NCBI GenBank assembly: GCA_963764715.1
Contig: CAVXTP010000021.1
Coordinates: 367,040-431,039 of the forward strand
Reading direction: 5' to 3'
Source: an uncultured Acidobacteriota bacterium
GTDB taxonomy: Bacteria > Acidobacteriota > Thermoanaerobaculia > UBA5066 > Gp7-AA6
DNA length: 64,000 bases
This document shows positions 26,517 through 36,155 of this stretch, in pieces; position 1 is the stretch's first letter; every line of letters starts with the position of its first letter. The position numbers and the translations under genes are program-made. Below the pieces are notes generated by a model that saw nothing but the letters and a program-made list of their open reading frames with translations, ran no database searches and was not told the DNA's origin.

Positions 26517-28778
26517 CTACTGAAGCTGGAACGTCTTGACTAAGAACGTGGCCATCTGGCCGCGGTTGGCGGCGGTCAGGGGGCAGTAGTTGCCGCCGCC
26601 GCAGCCGGCCGTGACGTTGCGGGCGACGAGCTCGTAGATCCAGGGCGCGAAGTTCGAGGAGCACGGCACGTCGGTGAAGGTCGCCGCCGTGCAGGCGGGC
26701 GGTGCGTAGCCGGAGTCCTCGAGAGTCTTGAGCAGAAAGACGGCCATCTGCTGGCGGTTGACGGGGTTCGTGGGGCAGAAGACGCCGGTCCCGCAGCCGC
26801 CGGTGACGCCCTCGGCGACGAGCTCGTTGATCCAGGGCGCGAAGTTGGACGAGCACGGCACGTCCGTGAATACCTGGACAGTGCAGGGAGGGGGCGTGTA
26901 GCAGACGCCCTTCTTCGCCTTGAGCAGGAAGACCGCCATCTGCTGCCGCAGGGTGTTCTGCGCGACGCCGTAGTTGCCGCCGCCGACGCCGGCCGTGATC
27001 GCGTTGCGGACGAGGGTGGTCACGAAGGAATAGAACTGATTCGCACCCGGCACGTCCAGGAAGTCCGCGATCCACCCGTTGGGCAGCGTCCCGATGGTGC
27101 CGTCCGTGTTGGTGACGACGATGTCGTTGAGGCTTCCGGGAGGGAGGGACGGCGTCGTCAGGGTGATCGTACCGTCGTTGACGACGTTGACGTTGGTTGC
27201 GGGCGTGCCGCCGACTTTGACCGTCGCACCGGCGAGAAAGTGAAATCCGGCGAGCGTCGTCGAAACGCCGGAGGGGTTGCCCGAGGAGGGCGTCGCCGTC
27301 AGAACGAACCGCTGTGAGAACTCCGAGGTGTTGCCGTCGGGATCCGTTGCGGTGGCCGAGACTTTCTCTCCCGCCGCGAGGACGACGCCCGGGAAGACCG
27401 CGTGGATCGTGGCATTGCCGCTGCCGTTCGTCGTCACATTCGTGGCGCCGATGTACGTCCGTCCCTGAAGGAAGTCCTGCGGGCGTCCGACGCAGCCGTC
27501 GTTGATGTAGAAATCGATGGCGAACTGGGTGTTCGCCGTGCTGTTCAGGACTCCGTCGATCGTCGTGTCGCCTCCTGCGGAGACCGCGGACGACAGAAGC
27601 GGGAAGTTCTGGAGGAGGTTCGGTCCGATGTCCGCGTCGCCGAGGTCGTTCGGCGTGAGCCCGCCCTGGCCGACCCCGCCCGGGTTCCCGAGATCGATGC
27701 CGAGGGTCGAGCGGAAATTGGTGCCGTTCGCGGTGCCGTTGCCGTAGATGGAGTTGCCGCGGATCCGATTGTGGAAGGTGTTGATCGTGCTGTACCCCAC
27801 GAGCACGCCGGCCCCCTGGTTGAACGCGATCACGTTCCCCTCGCCGGGCCCGGTGCCGCCCACCTGGATGTCCTTTCCCTGGATGAAGATGCCGATCGAC
27901 GTCGTGCCGAGATTGATGGTTCCGGTCACGTCCGTACCCACCCAGTTGTGCAGGATCGTCTGACCGGTCGCGGTGTCGTTGGTGTCTCCGACCTGGAGTC
28001 CATTGCCCACGCCTCCGACGACGTTGTCCCGAATTACCGCGCCGGGTGTTTGCCCGAACACGCCGATGCCCAAGAGGGCGGTCCCCCCGAACACGGCGGT
28101 GCTCGACTTGTCGACACCGACCAGGTTGCCCTGGACGAGAGCGTTGACGCCGTGGCTGATGGTGATGCCCGACTGGGCGTTTCCCGAAATCAGGTTGCGA
28201 TCGGCCGGCGCCGGTCCGCCGACCGTGAAATTGTCGCCGAACTGGGAGTCGATCCCGCGGATGTTGGGCGAGCCGGGCACCGCAGTGCCTGCGGCGTCGG
28301 TGCCGATGAAGCAACCCTTCACCGCGCCGTCGCTGCCGGCGAAGTAGAAGCTGATCGCGTAGTCCCAGCCCCCGTTCATGACGATCCCGCGGATCGTCGA
28401 GCCGGCGGCGCCTGTGGAGGGCTGGAGTCCGGTCGCATGTGTGGTCGCTCCCGACAGCACGACCTTGAGCACCGTGTTGAGCGCGCCCTGGGCGTTGGTG
28501 TTGACCAGCGAGCCGGGCTGCGTGTAGCCGTCGATGAGGACCGGGCTGGAGATCGTCGGCAGTTGAGTGGCTGGCGTGATCGTGCAGATGCCGCCGGTGC
28601 AGCCCGCGCCCGTGACGTTGAACGCGATCGTGTCGAGGCCCGCGGCGCCGTTGGCGTCCAGGATCGCCTGGCGCAGCGATCCCGCTCCCGAATCGGCCGT
28701 GGTCGTCACGGTGAACGTGGTGGCGGATCCCGCCGCGGCGATAACCAGTCCGATGACAAAGGCAGCGGAGCGCTTCAT
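26517..28778 (-). CDS. Secreted beta-helix / IPT / Cys-rich SLH protein, paralogue 11
   Basis: ORF 26517..28946; start ATG 28778 (MKRSAAFVIG, AAGGAGG upstream). Confidence 0.9.
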   Translation of the reverse strand: MKRSAAFVIGLVIAAAGSATTFTVTTTADSGAGSLRQAILDANGAAGLDTIAFNVTGAGCTGGICTITPATQLPTISSPVLIDGYTQPGSLVNTNAQGALNTVLKVVLSGATTHATGLQPSTGAAGSTIRGIVMNGGWDYAISFYFAGSDGAVKGCFIGTDAAGTAVPGSPNIRGIDSQFGDNFTVGGPAPADRNLISGNAQSGITISHGVNALVQGNLVGVDKSSTAVFGGTALLGIGVFGQTPGAVIRDNVVGGVGNGLQVGDTNDTATGQTILHNWVGTDVTGTINLGTTSIGIFIQGKDIQVGGTGPGEGNVIAFNQGAGVLVGYSTINTFHNRIRGNSIYGNGTANGTNFRSTLGIDLGNPGGVGQGGLTPNDLGDADIGPNLLQNFPLLSSAVSAGGDTTIDGVLNSTANTQFAIDFYINDGCVGRPQDFLQGRTYIGATNVTTNGSGNATIHAVFPGVVLAAGEKVSATATDPDGNTSEFSQRFVLTATPSSGNPSGVSTTLAGFHFLAGATVKVGGTPATNVNVVNDGTITLTTPSLPPGSLNDIVVTNTDGTIGTLPNGWIADFLDVPGANQFYSFVTTLVRNAITAGVGGGNYGVAQNTLRQQMAVFLLKAKKGVCYTPPPCTVQVFTDVPCSSNFAPWINELVAEGVTGGCGTGVFCPTNPVNRQQMAVFLLKTLEDSGYAPPACTAATFTDVPCSSNFAPWIYELVARNVTAGCGGGNYCPLTAANRGQMATFLVKTFQLQ

Positions 28779-28807
28779 CGATCCTCCTTTATTGCAGACT
28801 TTGGTGC

Positions 28808-28975
28808 TCACTGCAGATTGAAGGTTTTCACCACGAACGTCGCCATCTGGCCGCGGTTGGCGTTGGTCAGGGGGCAGTCGTTGCCGTCGCCGCAGCCGGC
28901 CGTGACGTTGCGCGCCACGAGCTGGACGTGATCCCCGCCAGGACACCGAAAAACGAGAGCGAGGACGCGCCGCAT
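28808..28975 (-). pseudogene. Internally deleted paralogue (55-aa mini-ORF)
   Basis: AGGAGG at 28981-28986 and ATG at 28975. MRRVLALVF (signal-peptide start) is joined via 9 codons to LVARNVTAGCGDGNDCPLTNANRGQMATFVVKTFNLQ (final SLH-like repeat). Confidence 0.8.
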
Positions 28976-28991
28976 GGGAACCTCCTGTTCG

Positions 28992-31238
28992 CTATCGGAG
29001 ATCGAACGTCTTGACGATGAACGTCGCCATCTGTCCACGGTTCGCGTTGGTCGTCGGGCAGTAGTTGCCGCTGCCGCAGCCGGCCGTGATGTTGCGCGCA
29101 ACGAGCTCGTAGATCCAGGGGGCGAACGGATGTCCGCAGGGAACGTCCGTGAACGCGGCGTTCGTACACGCGGGCGGCGCGTATCCGCTTCCCTCCAGCG
29201 TTTTCAGGAGGAAGACCGCCATCTGCTGTCGGTTGACCGGGTTGGTCGGGCAGAAGTTGCCGCCGCCGCAGCCGGTCGTGATCCCCTTCGCCACGAGATC
29301 GTAGATCCAGGGTGCGAAGTTATCCCCGCAGGGCACGTCCGAGAACGTCGGGTTGCTGCACGGCGGCGGCGTGTAGCAGATGCCGTACTTCGCCTTCAGG
29401 AGGAAGACCGCCATCTGCCGCCGCAGCGTGTTCTGAGACACGCCGTAGTTGCCGCCGCCGACGCCGACGGTGATCTCGTTGCGCACGAGCCGGACCACCC
29501 ACTCGTTGAACTGCTGGCTCTCCGGGACATCCAGGAAATTGACGATCCAGCCGTTGGGCAGCGTGCCGGCGCTCGTGTCGGCGTTCGTCACCGTGATGTC
29601 GTTGATCGTGCCGGGCGGAAGCATGGGCGACGTCAGGGTCATCTGGTTGAAGTTCGTAACGACGACGTTCGTCGCCGGGAGACCTCCCACGGTCGCCGTC
29701 GCCCCCGGGAGAAAGTTGAAGCCCGACAGCGTCATGGAGCCGTTCCCGGGGGGGTTGATCGACGTGGGTGTCGTCGAGACCACGATGCGCTGCGAGAACT
29801 CCGAGGTGTTCCCATCGGCGTCCGTGGCCGTGGCGGTCACCGACTGGCCGGCCTGCAGGGTCACGCCCGTGAGCAGGACGTCGATCGTGGCGTCGCCGCC
29901 GGCGTCGGTCGTCAGGGGTGCGCTGCCGATGTACTCCTTGCCCTCGAGGTAGTCCTGCGGCCGGGCGATGCAGGCGTCGTTGGCGTAGAAGTCGAGGGTG
30001 AAGCTCGAGCTGGGTGTGCTGTTGAGCCGGCCCTGGACCGTGGTGTTTCCGCCGGCCGATACGGCCGAGGAAATGACCGGGAAATTCTGGCTGCCGTTCG
30101 GTCCCGTGTCCGCGTCGTCGAGGTCGTTCGGAGTCAGACCATACGTCAGGTCTGCCGGGGTGCTCAGATCGATTCCGAGAGTGGGGATGAGCAGGTGAGT
30201 CCCCTCGCCGTTCGAGTAGATCGAGTTCCCTCGAATGGTGTTCCTCGAGACGTTGGAGAAGTCGTACTCGACGGTAATCCCGTTGTAGTCGTTGAACGCG
30301 ATGACGTTTCCTTCCCCCGGATCCGTTCCGCCGATCACGATGTCCCGCCCCTTGATTCGCATGCCGTTCACGACGTTCCCGAGGTCGAGGGTCTCGGTCA
30401 CGTCGGTGCCGATCCAGTTGCCCTGGATCGTCATCCCGGTGGTCGGGTCGCTCATGTTGCCGAGAAGGATCCCGTCGCTCGCCCCGCCGATGACGTTGCC
30501 GCGGATCAAGGTTCCCTGGGCGTTGGTGGAGACGGCGAGTCCAGTGGTCGTCAGGCCGAAAACCGCGGTACTGGAGATGTTAGGACCGATGAGGTTGCTT
30601 TCGATCGTCGGGTTGGACGAACTGAAGAACTGGGCGTTGGCCTGTGTGGAACCCGACAGGAGGTTTCGATCGGCCGGTGCGGGGCCGCCGAGCGCGAAGT
30701 TGTTGCTGAAATCGGCTTCGATGCCGAAATTGTTCGGCGCCTTCACCGTGCCGGCGGCATTGACGCCGATGAAGCAGCCGCGCACGGTGTTGCCGTTCGA
30801 GGATTGCGAGAAGATGCCGTTGTTGAAACCGTTGATGACGAGCCCCCGGATTGTCGAGCCGGCCCCGCCCGCGACGATGGTGAGCCCGTTCGCGCCCGGG
30901 ACGTTGGTCCCGGAAATCACGATCTTCAGGACGGTGTTCAGCGCGCCCTGTGTGACGGTGTTGGCCAAAGAGCCGGGCTGGGTGTAGCCGTCGATGAGGA
31001 CGGGAGAAGCGAGGAACGGCAGCTGCGTCGTGGGTGCGATCGTGCAGACGCCCCCGCCGTCGCAGCCCGCGCCCGACACGTTGAACTGGATCGTGTCCGC
31101 GCCGGCGGCCGCGTTCGCGTCGAGGATCGCCTGGCGGAGGGATCCGACGCCGGAATCGCTGGTGTTGGTGACGGTGTAGGTTGCGGCGGCCGCCGTCGAA
31201 GCGGTCGCCGCGAGGATCAGAACCGCGAGTCTGCGCAT
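28992..31238 (-). CDS. Secreted beta-helix / IPT / Cys-rich SLH protein, paralogue 12
   Basis: ORF 28992..31625; start ATG 31238 (MRRLAVLIL, AGGAGG upstream). Confidence 0.9.
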   Translation of the reverse strand: MRRLAVLILAATASTAAAATYTVTNTSDSGVGSLRQAILDANAAAGADTIQFNVSGAGCDGGGVCTIAPTTQLPFLASPVLIDGYTQPGSLANTVTQGALNTVLKIVISGTNVPGANGLTIVAGGAGSTIRGLVINGFNNGIFSQSSNGNTVRGCFIGVNAAGTVKAPNNFGIEADFSNNFALGGPAPADRNLLSGSTQANAQFFSSSNPTIESNLIGPNISSTAVFGLTTTGLAVSTNAQGTLIRGNVIGGASDGILLGNMSDPTTGMTIQGNWIGTDVTETLDLGNVVNGMRIKGRDIVIGGTDPGEGNVIAFNDYNGITVEYDFSNVSRNTIRGNSIYSNGEGTHLLIPTLGIDLSTPADLTYGLTPNDLDDADTGPNGSQNFPVISSAVSAGGNTTVQGRLNSTPSSSFTLDFYANDACIARPQDYLEGKEYIGSAPLTTDAGGDATIDVLLTGVTLQAGQSVTATATDADGNTSEFSQRIVVSTTPTSINPPGNGSMTLSGFNFLPGATATVGGLPATNVVVTNFNQMTLTSPMLPPGTINDITVTNADTSAGTLPNGWIVNFLDVPESQQFNEWVVRLVRNEITVGVGGGNYGVSQNTLRRQMAVFLLKAKYGICYTPPPCSNPTFSDVPCGDNFAPWIYDLVAKGITTGCGGGNFCPTNPVNRQQMAVFLLKTLEGSGYAPPACTNAAFTDVPCGHPFAPWIYELVARNITAGCGSGNYCPTTNANRGQMATFIVKTFDLR

Positions 31239-31255
31239 ACCCGCCTCCTGTGGGT

Positions 31256-33529
31256 CTACTGCAATCCGAACGTCCTGACCAGGAACGTCGCCATCTGTCC
31301 GCGGTTGGCGTTGGTCGAGGGGCAGTAGTTGCCGCCGCCGCAGCCGGCGGTGACGTTGCGCGCGACGAGCTCGTAGATCCAGGGGGCGAACTGGCCTCCG
31401 CAGGGCACGTCGGTGAAGGTGGCCGCGGAGCAGGCCGGCGGGGCGTAGGCGCCGCCCTCGAAGGTCTTGAGGAGGAACACCGCCATCTGCTGTCGGTTGA
31501 CGGGGTTGGCGGGGCAGTAGAGCCCGCCGCCGCAGCCCCCGGTGATTCCTTCCGCCACGAGCTCGTTGATCCACGGTGCGAAGCCCGAGGCGCACGGGAC
31601 GTCGGGGAAGGCCTGGACGGTGCACGGGGGCGGGGTGTAGCAGACGCCGTGCTTGGACTTGAGCAGGAAGACGGCCATCTGCTGGCGGAGCGTGTTCTGC
31701 AGGCCGCCGTAGTTGCCGCCGCCGACACCCACCGTGATCGCGTTGCGGACGAGCGTCGTGACGTTCGTGTAGAACTGGTCGTTGCCGGGCACGTCGAGGA
31801 AGTCGGCGATCCAGCCGTTGGGCAGGGTCCCGAGGCTCCCGTCCGTGTTGGTCACGGTGACGTCGTTGAGACTGCCGGGAGGCAGCGAAGGGGTGGTCGC
31901 CGTGATCTGGTTGTAGCTCGCGACGTTGACGCCGGTCGCGGGCTGGCCGCCGACGGTCACGGTGGCGCCGGGGAGGAAGTTGAACCCGTCGAGCGTCGTC
32001 TGAGCGCCCGTCGGGTTGCCCGAGCCGGGCGTCGACGAGACCACGATCCGCTGCGAGAACTCCGAGGTGTTCCCGTTCGGGTCGGTCGCGGTGGCCGTGA
32101 CCTTCTCGCCGGCGCCGAGCGTGACCGGCAGGACGACGTCGATGGAGACGTCACCCCCGGAATCGGTCGTGACGTTCGACGAGCCGAGATAGGTCCGGCC
32201 CTGCAGGAAGTCCTGGGGGCGGCCGAGGCACGAAGCGTTCGAGTAGAAGTCGAGCGCGAACTGCGTGCTCGGCGTGCTGTTGAGGCGGCCCTGGATCGTC
32301 GTGCTCGCGTTGGGTCCGGCGACGTTCGGCGTCGCGAAGGCGGCCGTGATCACGGGAAAATTCTGGTTGAGGTTCGGACCGGGGTCGCCGTCGTCGAGGT
32401 CGTTGGGCGTGAAACCGCCGTCTCCGTACCCGCCGATGTTGCCGAGGTCGATGCCGAGGGGCGAGGTGCCGGCAACGCCGTGCCTGGCGGCGTTGCCGTA
32501 GATCGAATTGCCCCGGATCGGGTTGTTGAGAATTCCGATGGTGCTGTAGAAGACGAGAACGCCGGCGCCCCCGTTGAAGGCGATGACGTTTCCTTCGCCG
32601 GGGCCGATGCCGCCGACCGCGACGTTCCGGCCCTGAACTTCGACCCCGGCGAAGGGATTGCCGAGATCGACCGTCCCGGTCACGTCGGTGCCGATCCAGT
32701 TGCCCTGGACGACCGCGCCGTAAACGGTGTCGTTGGCGGTCCCCACCGTCATGCCGATCTGCGTTTGCCCGCCGACGACGTTCCCGCGGATGACGAGGCC
32801 GGGCGAGTTGGCCCCTCCGAAGATGCCGGTGTTCGCGACGCGGAGAGGAACGGTCCCGGAGACGTCGGTGCCGATCAGGTTGCCTTCGATCGTCGCGTTG
32901 GAAGTCAACTGGATGCCGACGCCGTAAACCCAGTTCCCCGAGATGAGGTTGCGGTCCGCCGGCAACGGGCCGCCGACGCGGAAGGTGCTGCTGTACTGGA
33001 CTTCGATGCCCCGGCCGTTCTGGACGTCGGCCGTCCCGGCCGCGTTCGTGCCGACGAAACAGCCGGTCACGACGTTGTTGTTCGAGAAGTAGGCTTCGAT
33101 CGTGTAGTCGAATCCCCCGTTCAGCACGAGGCCCCGGATGGTGGAGCCGTCGCCGCCGGTCGCGATGACCAGCGCCTGGACCCCGGGGATGCCGGTCCCG
33201 GAGAGCACGATCTTGAGAACCGTGTTCAGCGCGCCCTCCGCGATCGTGTTCACCGACGCGCCGGCCTGGGTGTAACCGTCGATCAGGACGGGACTCGTGA
33301 TGTACGGCAGGGCCGACGCCGGAGTGATCGTGCAGACGCCGGAGCCGTCGCAGCCCGCGCCGGAGACGTTGAACGCGATCGTGTCGAGTCCCGCCGCGCC
33401 GTTGGCGCTGGTGATCGCCTGGCGGAGCGACCCGGCGCCGGAGTCGGCGGTGCTAGTCACGGTGAAGATGGAGGCGCCGAGTGGCACCGACGCGAGAAGC
33501 AGGCAGACGGCGATGGAGTTTCGGCGCAC
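31256..33529 (-). CDS. Secreted beta-helix / IPT / Cys-rich SLH protein, paralogue 13
   Basis: 757 aa ORF; GTG start with AAGGAG upstream. Confidence 0.9.
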   Translation of the reverse strand: MRRNSIAVCLLLASVPLGASIFTVTSTADSGAGSLRQAITSANGAAGLDTIAFNVSGAGCDGSGVCTITPASALPYITSPVLIDGYTQAGASVNTIAEGALNTVLKIVLSGTGIPGVQALVIATGGDGSTIRGLVLNGGFDYTIEAYFSNNNVVTGCFVGTNAAGTADVQNGRGIEVQYSSTFRVGGPLPADRNLISGNWVYGVGIQLTSNATIEGNLIGTDVSGTVPLRVANTGIFGGANSPGLVIRGNVVGGQTQIGMTVGTANDTVYGAVVQGNWIGTDVTGTVDLGNPFAGVEVQGRNVAVGGIGPGEGNVIAFNGGAGVLVFYSTIGILNNPIRGNSIYGNAARHGVAGTSPLGIDLGNIGGYGDGGFTPNDLDDGDPGPNLNQNFPVITAAFATPNVAGPNASTTIQGRLNSTPSTQFALDFYSNASCLGRPQDFLQGRTYLGSSNVTTDSGGDVSIDVVLPVTLGAGEKVTATATDPNGNTSEFSQRIVVSSTPGSGNPTGAQTTLDGFNFLPGATVTVGGQPATGVNVASYNQITATTPSLPPGSLNDVTVTNTDGSLGTLPNGWIADFLDVPGNDQFYTNVTTLVRNAITVGVGGGNYGGLQNTLRQQMAVFLLKSKHGVCYTPPPCTVQAFPDVPCASGFAPWINELVAEGITGGCGGGLYCPANPVNRQQMAVFLLKTFEGGAYAPPACSAATFTDVPCGGQFAPWIYELVARNVTAGCGGGNYCPSTNANRGQMATFLVRTFGLQ

Positions 33530-33559
33530 GGGGTCTCCTTGGGGAATTCGAAGGTTTCG

Positions 33560-36003
33560 CTATTGAAGGTTGAAAGTCTTGGTGATGAAGACCGCCATCT
33601 GGCCGCGCGTGTTGTTCGCGCTCGGACAGTAGTTGCCGCCGCCGCAGCCGCCGGTGATCTGCTCGGCGGCAAGCTGCTCGATCCACGGGGCGAACGGCGA
33701 CGAACAAGGCACGTCCGGGAAGGTCCCGACGCAGGCCGGCGGCACGTGCGCAGAGCCGTACTTGGCCTTCAGCAGAAAGACGGCCATCTGGTCGCGGCGG
33801 ACCGGGTTCTGCGGGCAGTAGTTGCCCCCGCCGCAGCCGCCGGTGATGCCGCGGTCGGCGAGGTCCTCGATCCAGTTGGCGAATGTCGACGGGCAGGGCA
33901 CATCGGGGAAGTCGCCCGCGCACGCCGGCGGCACGTAGCAGATCCCGAACTTCGCCTTCAGGAGGAAGACGGCCATCTGCTGGCGCAGCGTCGGCTGATC
34001 GACGCCGTACAGCCCGCCGCCGACGCCGGCGGTGATCGCGTTGGTCACGAGGGTCGTAACGTAGCTGTAGAACTGCTGGACCGGCGGGCACGTCCAGGAA
34101 GTTCGAAACGAAGCCTTTCTCGAGCGTGCCGGTCGTGCCGTCGGTGTTGGTCACGACGACGTCGTTGAGCGAGCCGGCGGCGAGGGGCGGCGAGGTCGCC
34201 GTGATCTGGTTGAAGTTGGTCACGACGACGTTCGTCGCCGGCTGGCCGCCGATCGCGACAGTGGCGCCGGCCCCGAAGTCCGTGCCGGCGATCGTGACGC
34301 CGGTGCCTCCGGCCGACGGGCTCGAGGCCGGGTTGATGGTGAACGGAAGACGCTGCGAGAACTCGGAGGTGTTGCCCGACGGGCCCGTCGCGGTCAGGCT
34401 GACGCGCTCGCCGGGCTGGATTCCGGCCGGCACCGCGATGTCGATGACGCCTTCGCCCAGGCCGTCGGTCGTGACCTGCCCCGACCCGAGGTACGTCCGG
34501 CCTTCGACGAAGTCCTTCGGGAACCGGGCGCACGCGTCGTTGGCGAAGACGTCGAGGTCGTACGTCGTCGACGGGGCGGAGTGGAGTATTCCCTGGACGC
34601 GCGTGCCGACCGAGGGCGCGTGGGGAAACGTCTGCAGTCACCGCGATCAGCACGGGGAAGTTCTGGAGCGCATTCGCGCCCGCGTCGCCATCGCCTTCGT
34701 CGTTGGCGTTCACGCCGACCGGCGACAGATCGATCCCGAGCCCGGCGTTGTCGTGGATCGAGTTGTGACGAATCGAGTTGTCGGATCCGCCTTCGATGAA
34801 GACGCCGCCCGTGTTCGCCGTGCCGTTGTAGGCGATCGTATTGGCCTCTCCCGGTGCGGTTCCGCCGACCTGGACGCTTCCAGCCAGAACGTGAACACCC
34901 CAGCCGAGGTTCGGCACCGGAAGGAGGCCCGAGGCATCGGTTCCGATGCGGTTGCCCTGGACCCGCGCCCCGTCCGTCGGGCTGCCGGAGCCGACGACGA
35001 CCCCCTCCCCGAGATTGCCGGAGATGACGTTATCGAGGACATCGTTGCCGACCGTGTTGATGTTGACGGCTTGAACGCCGTTGCCGAGGGCCAGGGTACC
35101 GGTCACGTCGGTGCCGATGTAGTTGCCCTGGACCGTGACGTCGGTGACGCAGGCGCCGCAGTAGCTGCTGGAGATGCGGATGCCGAGAAACGTGTTGCCG
35201 GAGATGATGTTGCGTTCCGCCGCGGTCGCCCCGCCGATCGTCACGTTCGTGACGTTGTAGCAGAGGATGATGCCCGAGTTCGTGCCCGGGGCAGCGGGAA
35301 GAGGCACCGCGGCTCCCGTGGCATTCGGGCCGATGAAATTGCCCTGGATGACATGGCCCGTTCCTCCGGCGCTGTAGCAGCCGAAGGCGAGCTGGACGCC
35401 GGAGTTGCCCGAAATGACGTTGCGCTGCGCGGGGAGCGGGCCGCCGATCTGGACGCCGGAACTGGCCTCGACGTCGACGCCGTAGTAGTTGGGCGACGCG
35501 CCGATTCCCGTCGGGTCGGTTCCGATGAGGCATCCCTCGATCGTCCCGGTCGCGGTGCCGACCTGCACGGCGGCCGCGCGCGCGCGGTTGATCACCAGGC
35601 CCCGAAGCGTGAACGAGAAGCTTCCCGAGATCCCGAGCACGTACCCGCCGTTGCCGGGGTAGGTATTGGTCCCGTCGATCTCGATCTGATGAACGGAATT
35701 GTCGGGAAGCCCCGGTCCGTTCGTGTTGGGGCTCGAGCCCGGTTGCGTGTAGCCGTCGATCGTGACGGGCCCGGTGATCGAGGGAAGATCGGTCACCGGC
35801 GTGATCGTATGAACGCCGGCGCCGGGGATGTTGAAGTCGATCGTGTCGGCCCCGGCGGCGCCGTTGGCGTCGAGGATCGCCTGGCGCAGCGAACCGGCAC
35901 CCGAGTCGTTCGTGTTGGTGACGGTGAACGTCGCGGCGTGAACCCGCGCATGGAGGAGGAATGCGACGGCGAGCCCAAAGCCGATTCGGGATTGGGTTTT
36001 CAC
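33560..36003 (-). pseudogene. Paralogue 14, split by two +1 frameshifts (pseudogene or sequencing error)
   Basis: Family sequence runs continuously through three frames: ORF 34045..36003 to ...NFPVLIAVT; shift near 34610-34640 into GTRVQGILHSAPSTTY...FLDVP (frame of ORF 33453..34433); shift near 34080-34088 into QQFYSYVTTLVTNAITAG (frame of ORF 33560..34048). Confidence 0.8.
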
Positions 36004-36073
36004 GAGACCTCCCTGTTTCCGGTGCGCGGGAGTCTATCGCGGCACTGGCGTCATGGGGCCTCCAAGCCGAACG

Positions 36074-36125
36074 TCCGGGCCTTCCCGGACGGTGATCTCG
36101 GCGACCCGGGACCACCCCGGCGCCG
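36074..36125 (-). repeat. Imperfect direct repeat of the PTPS-family gene 3' region (copy of 38097..38150)
   Basis: tccgggccttcccggacggtgatctcggcgacccgggacca vs tccgggccttcccagacggtcacctcggcgacccgggacca: 3 mismatches in 41 nt. Encodes GWSRVAEITVREGP vs GWSRVAEVTVWEGP. Confidence 0.8.
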
Positions 36126-36155
36126 AAACGAAGCGACCCGGAACGACCCCGGGCC

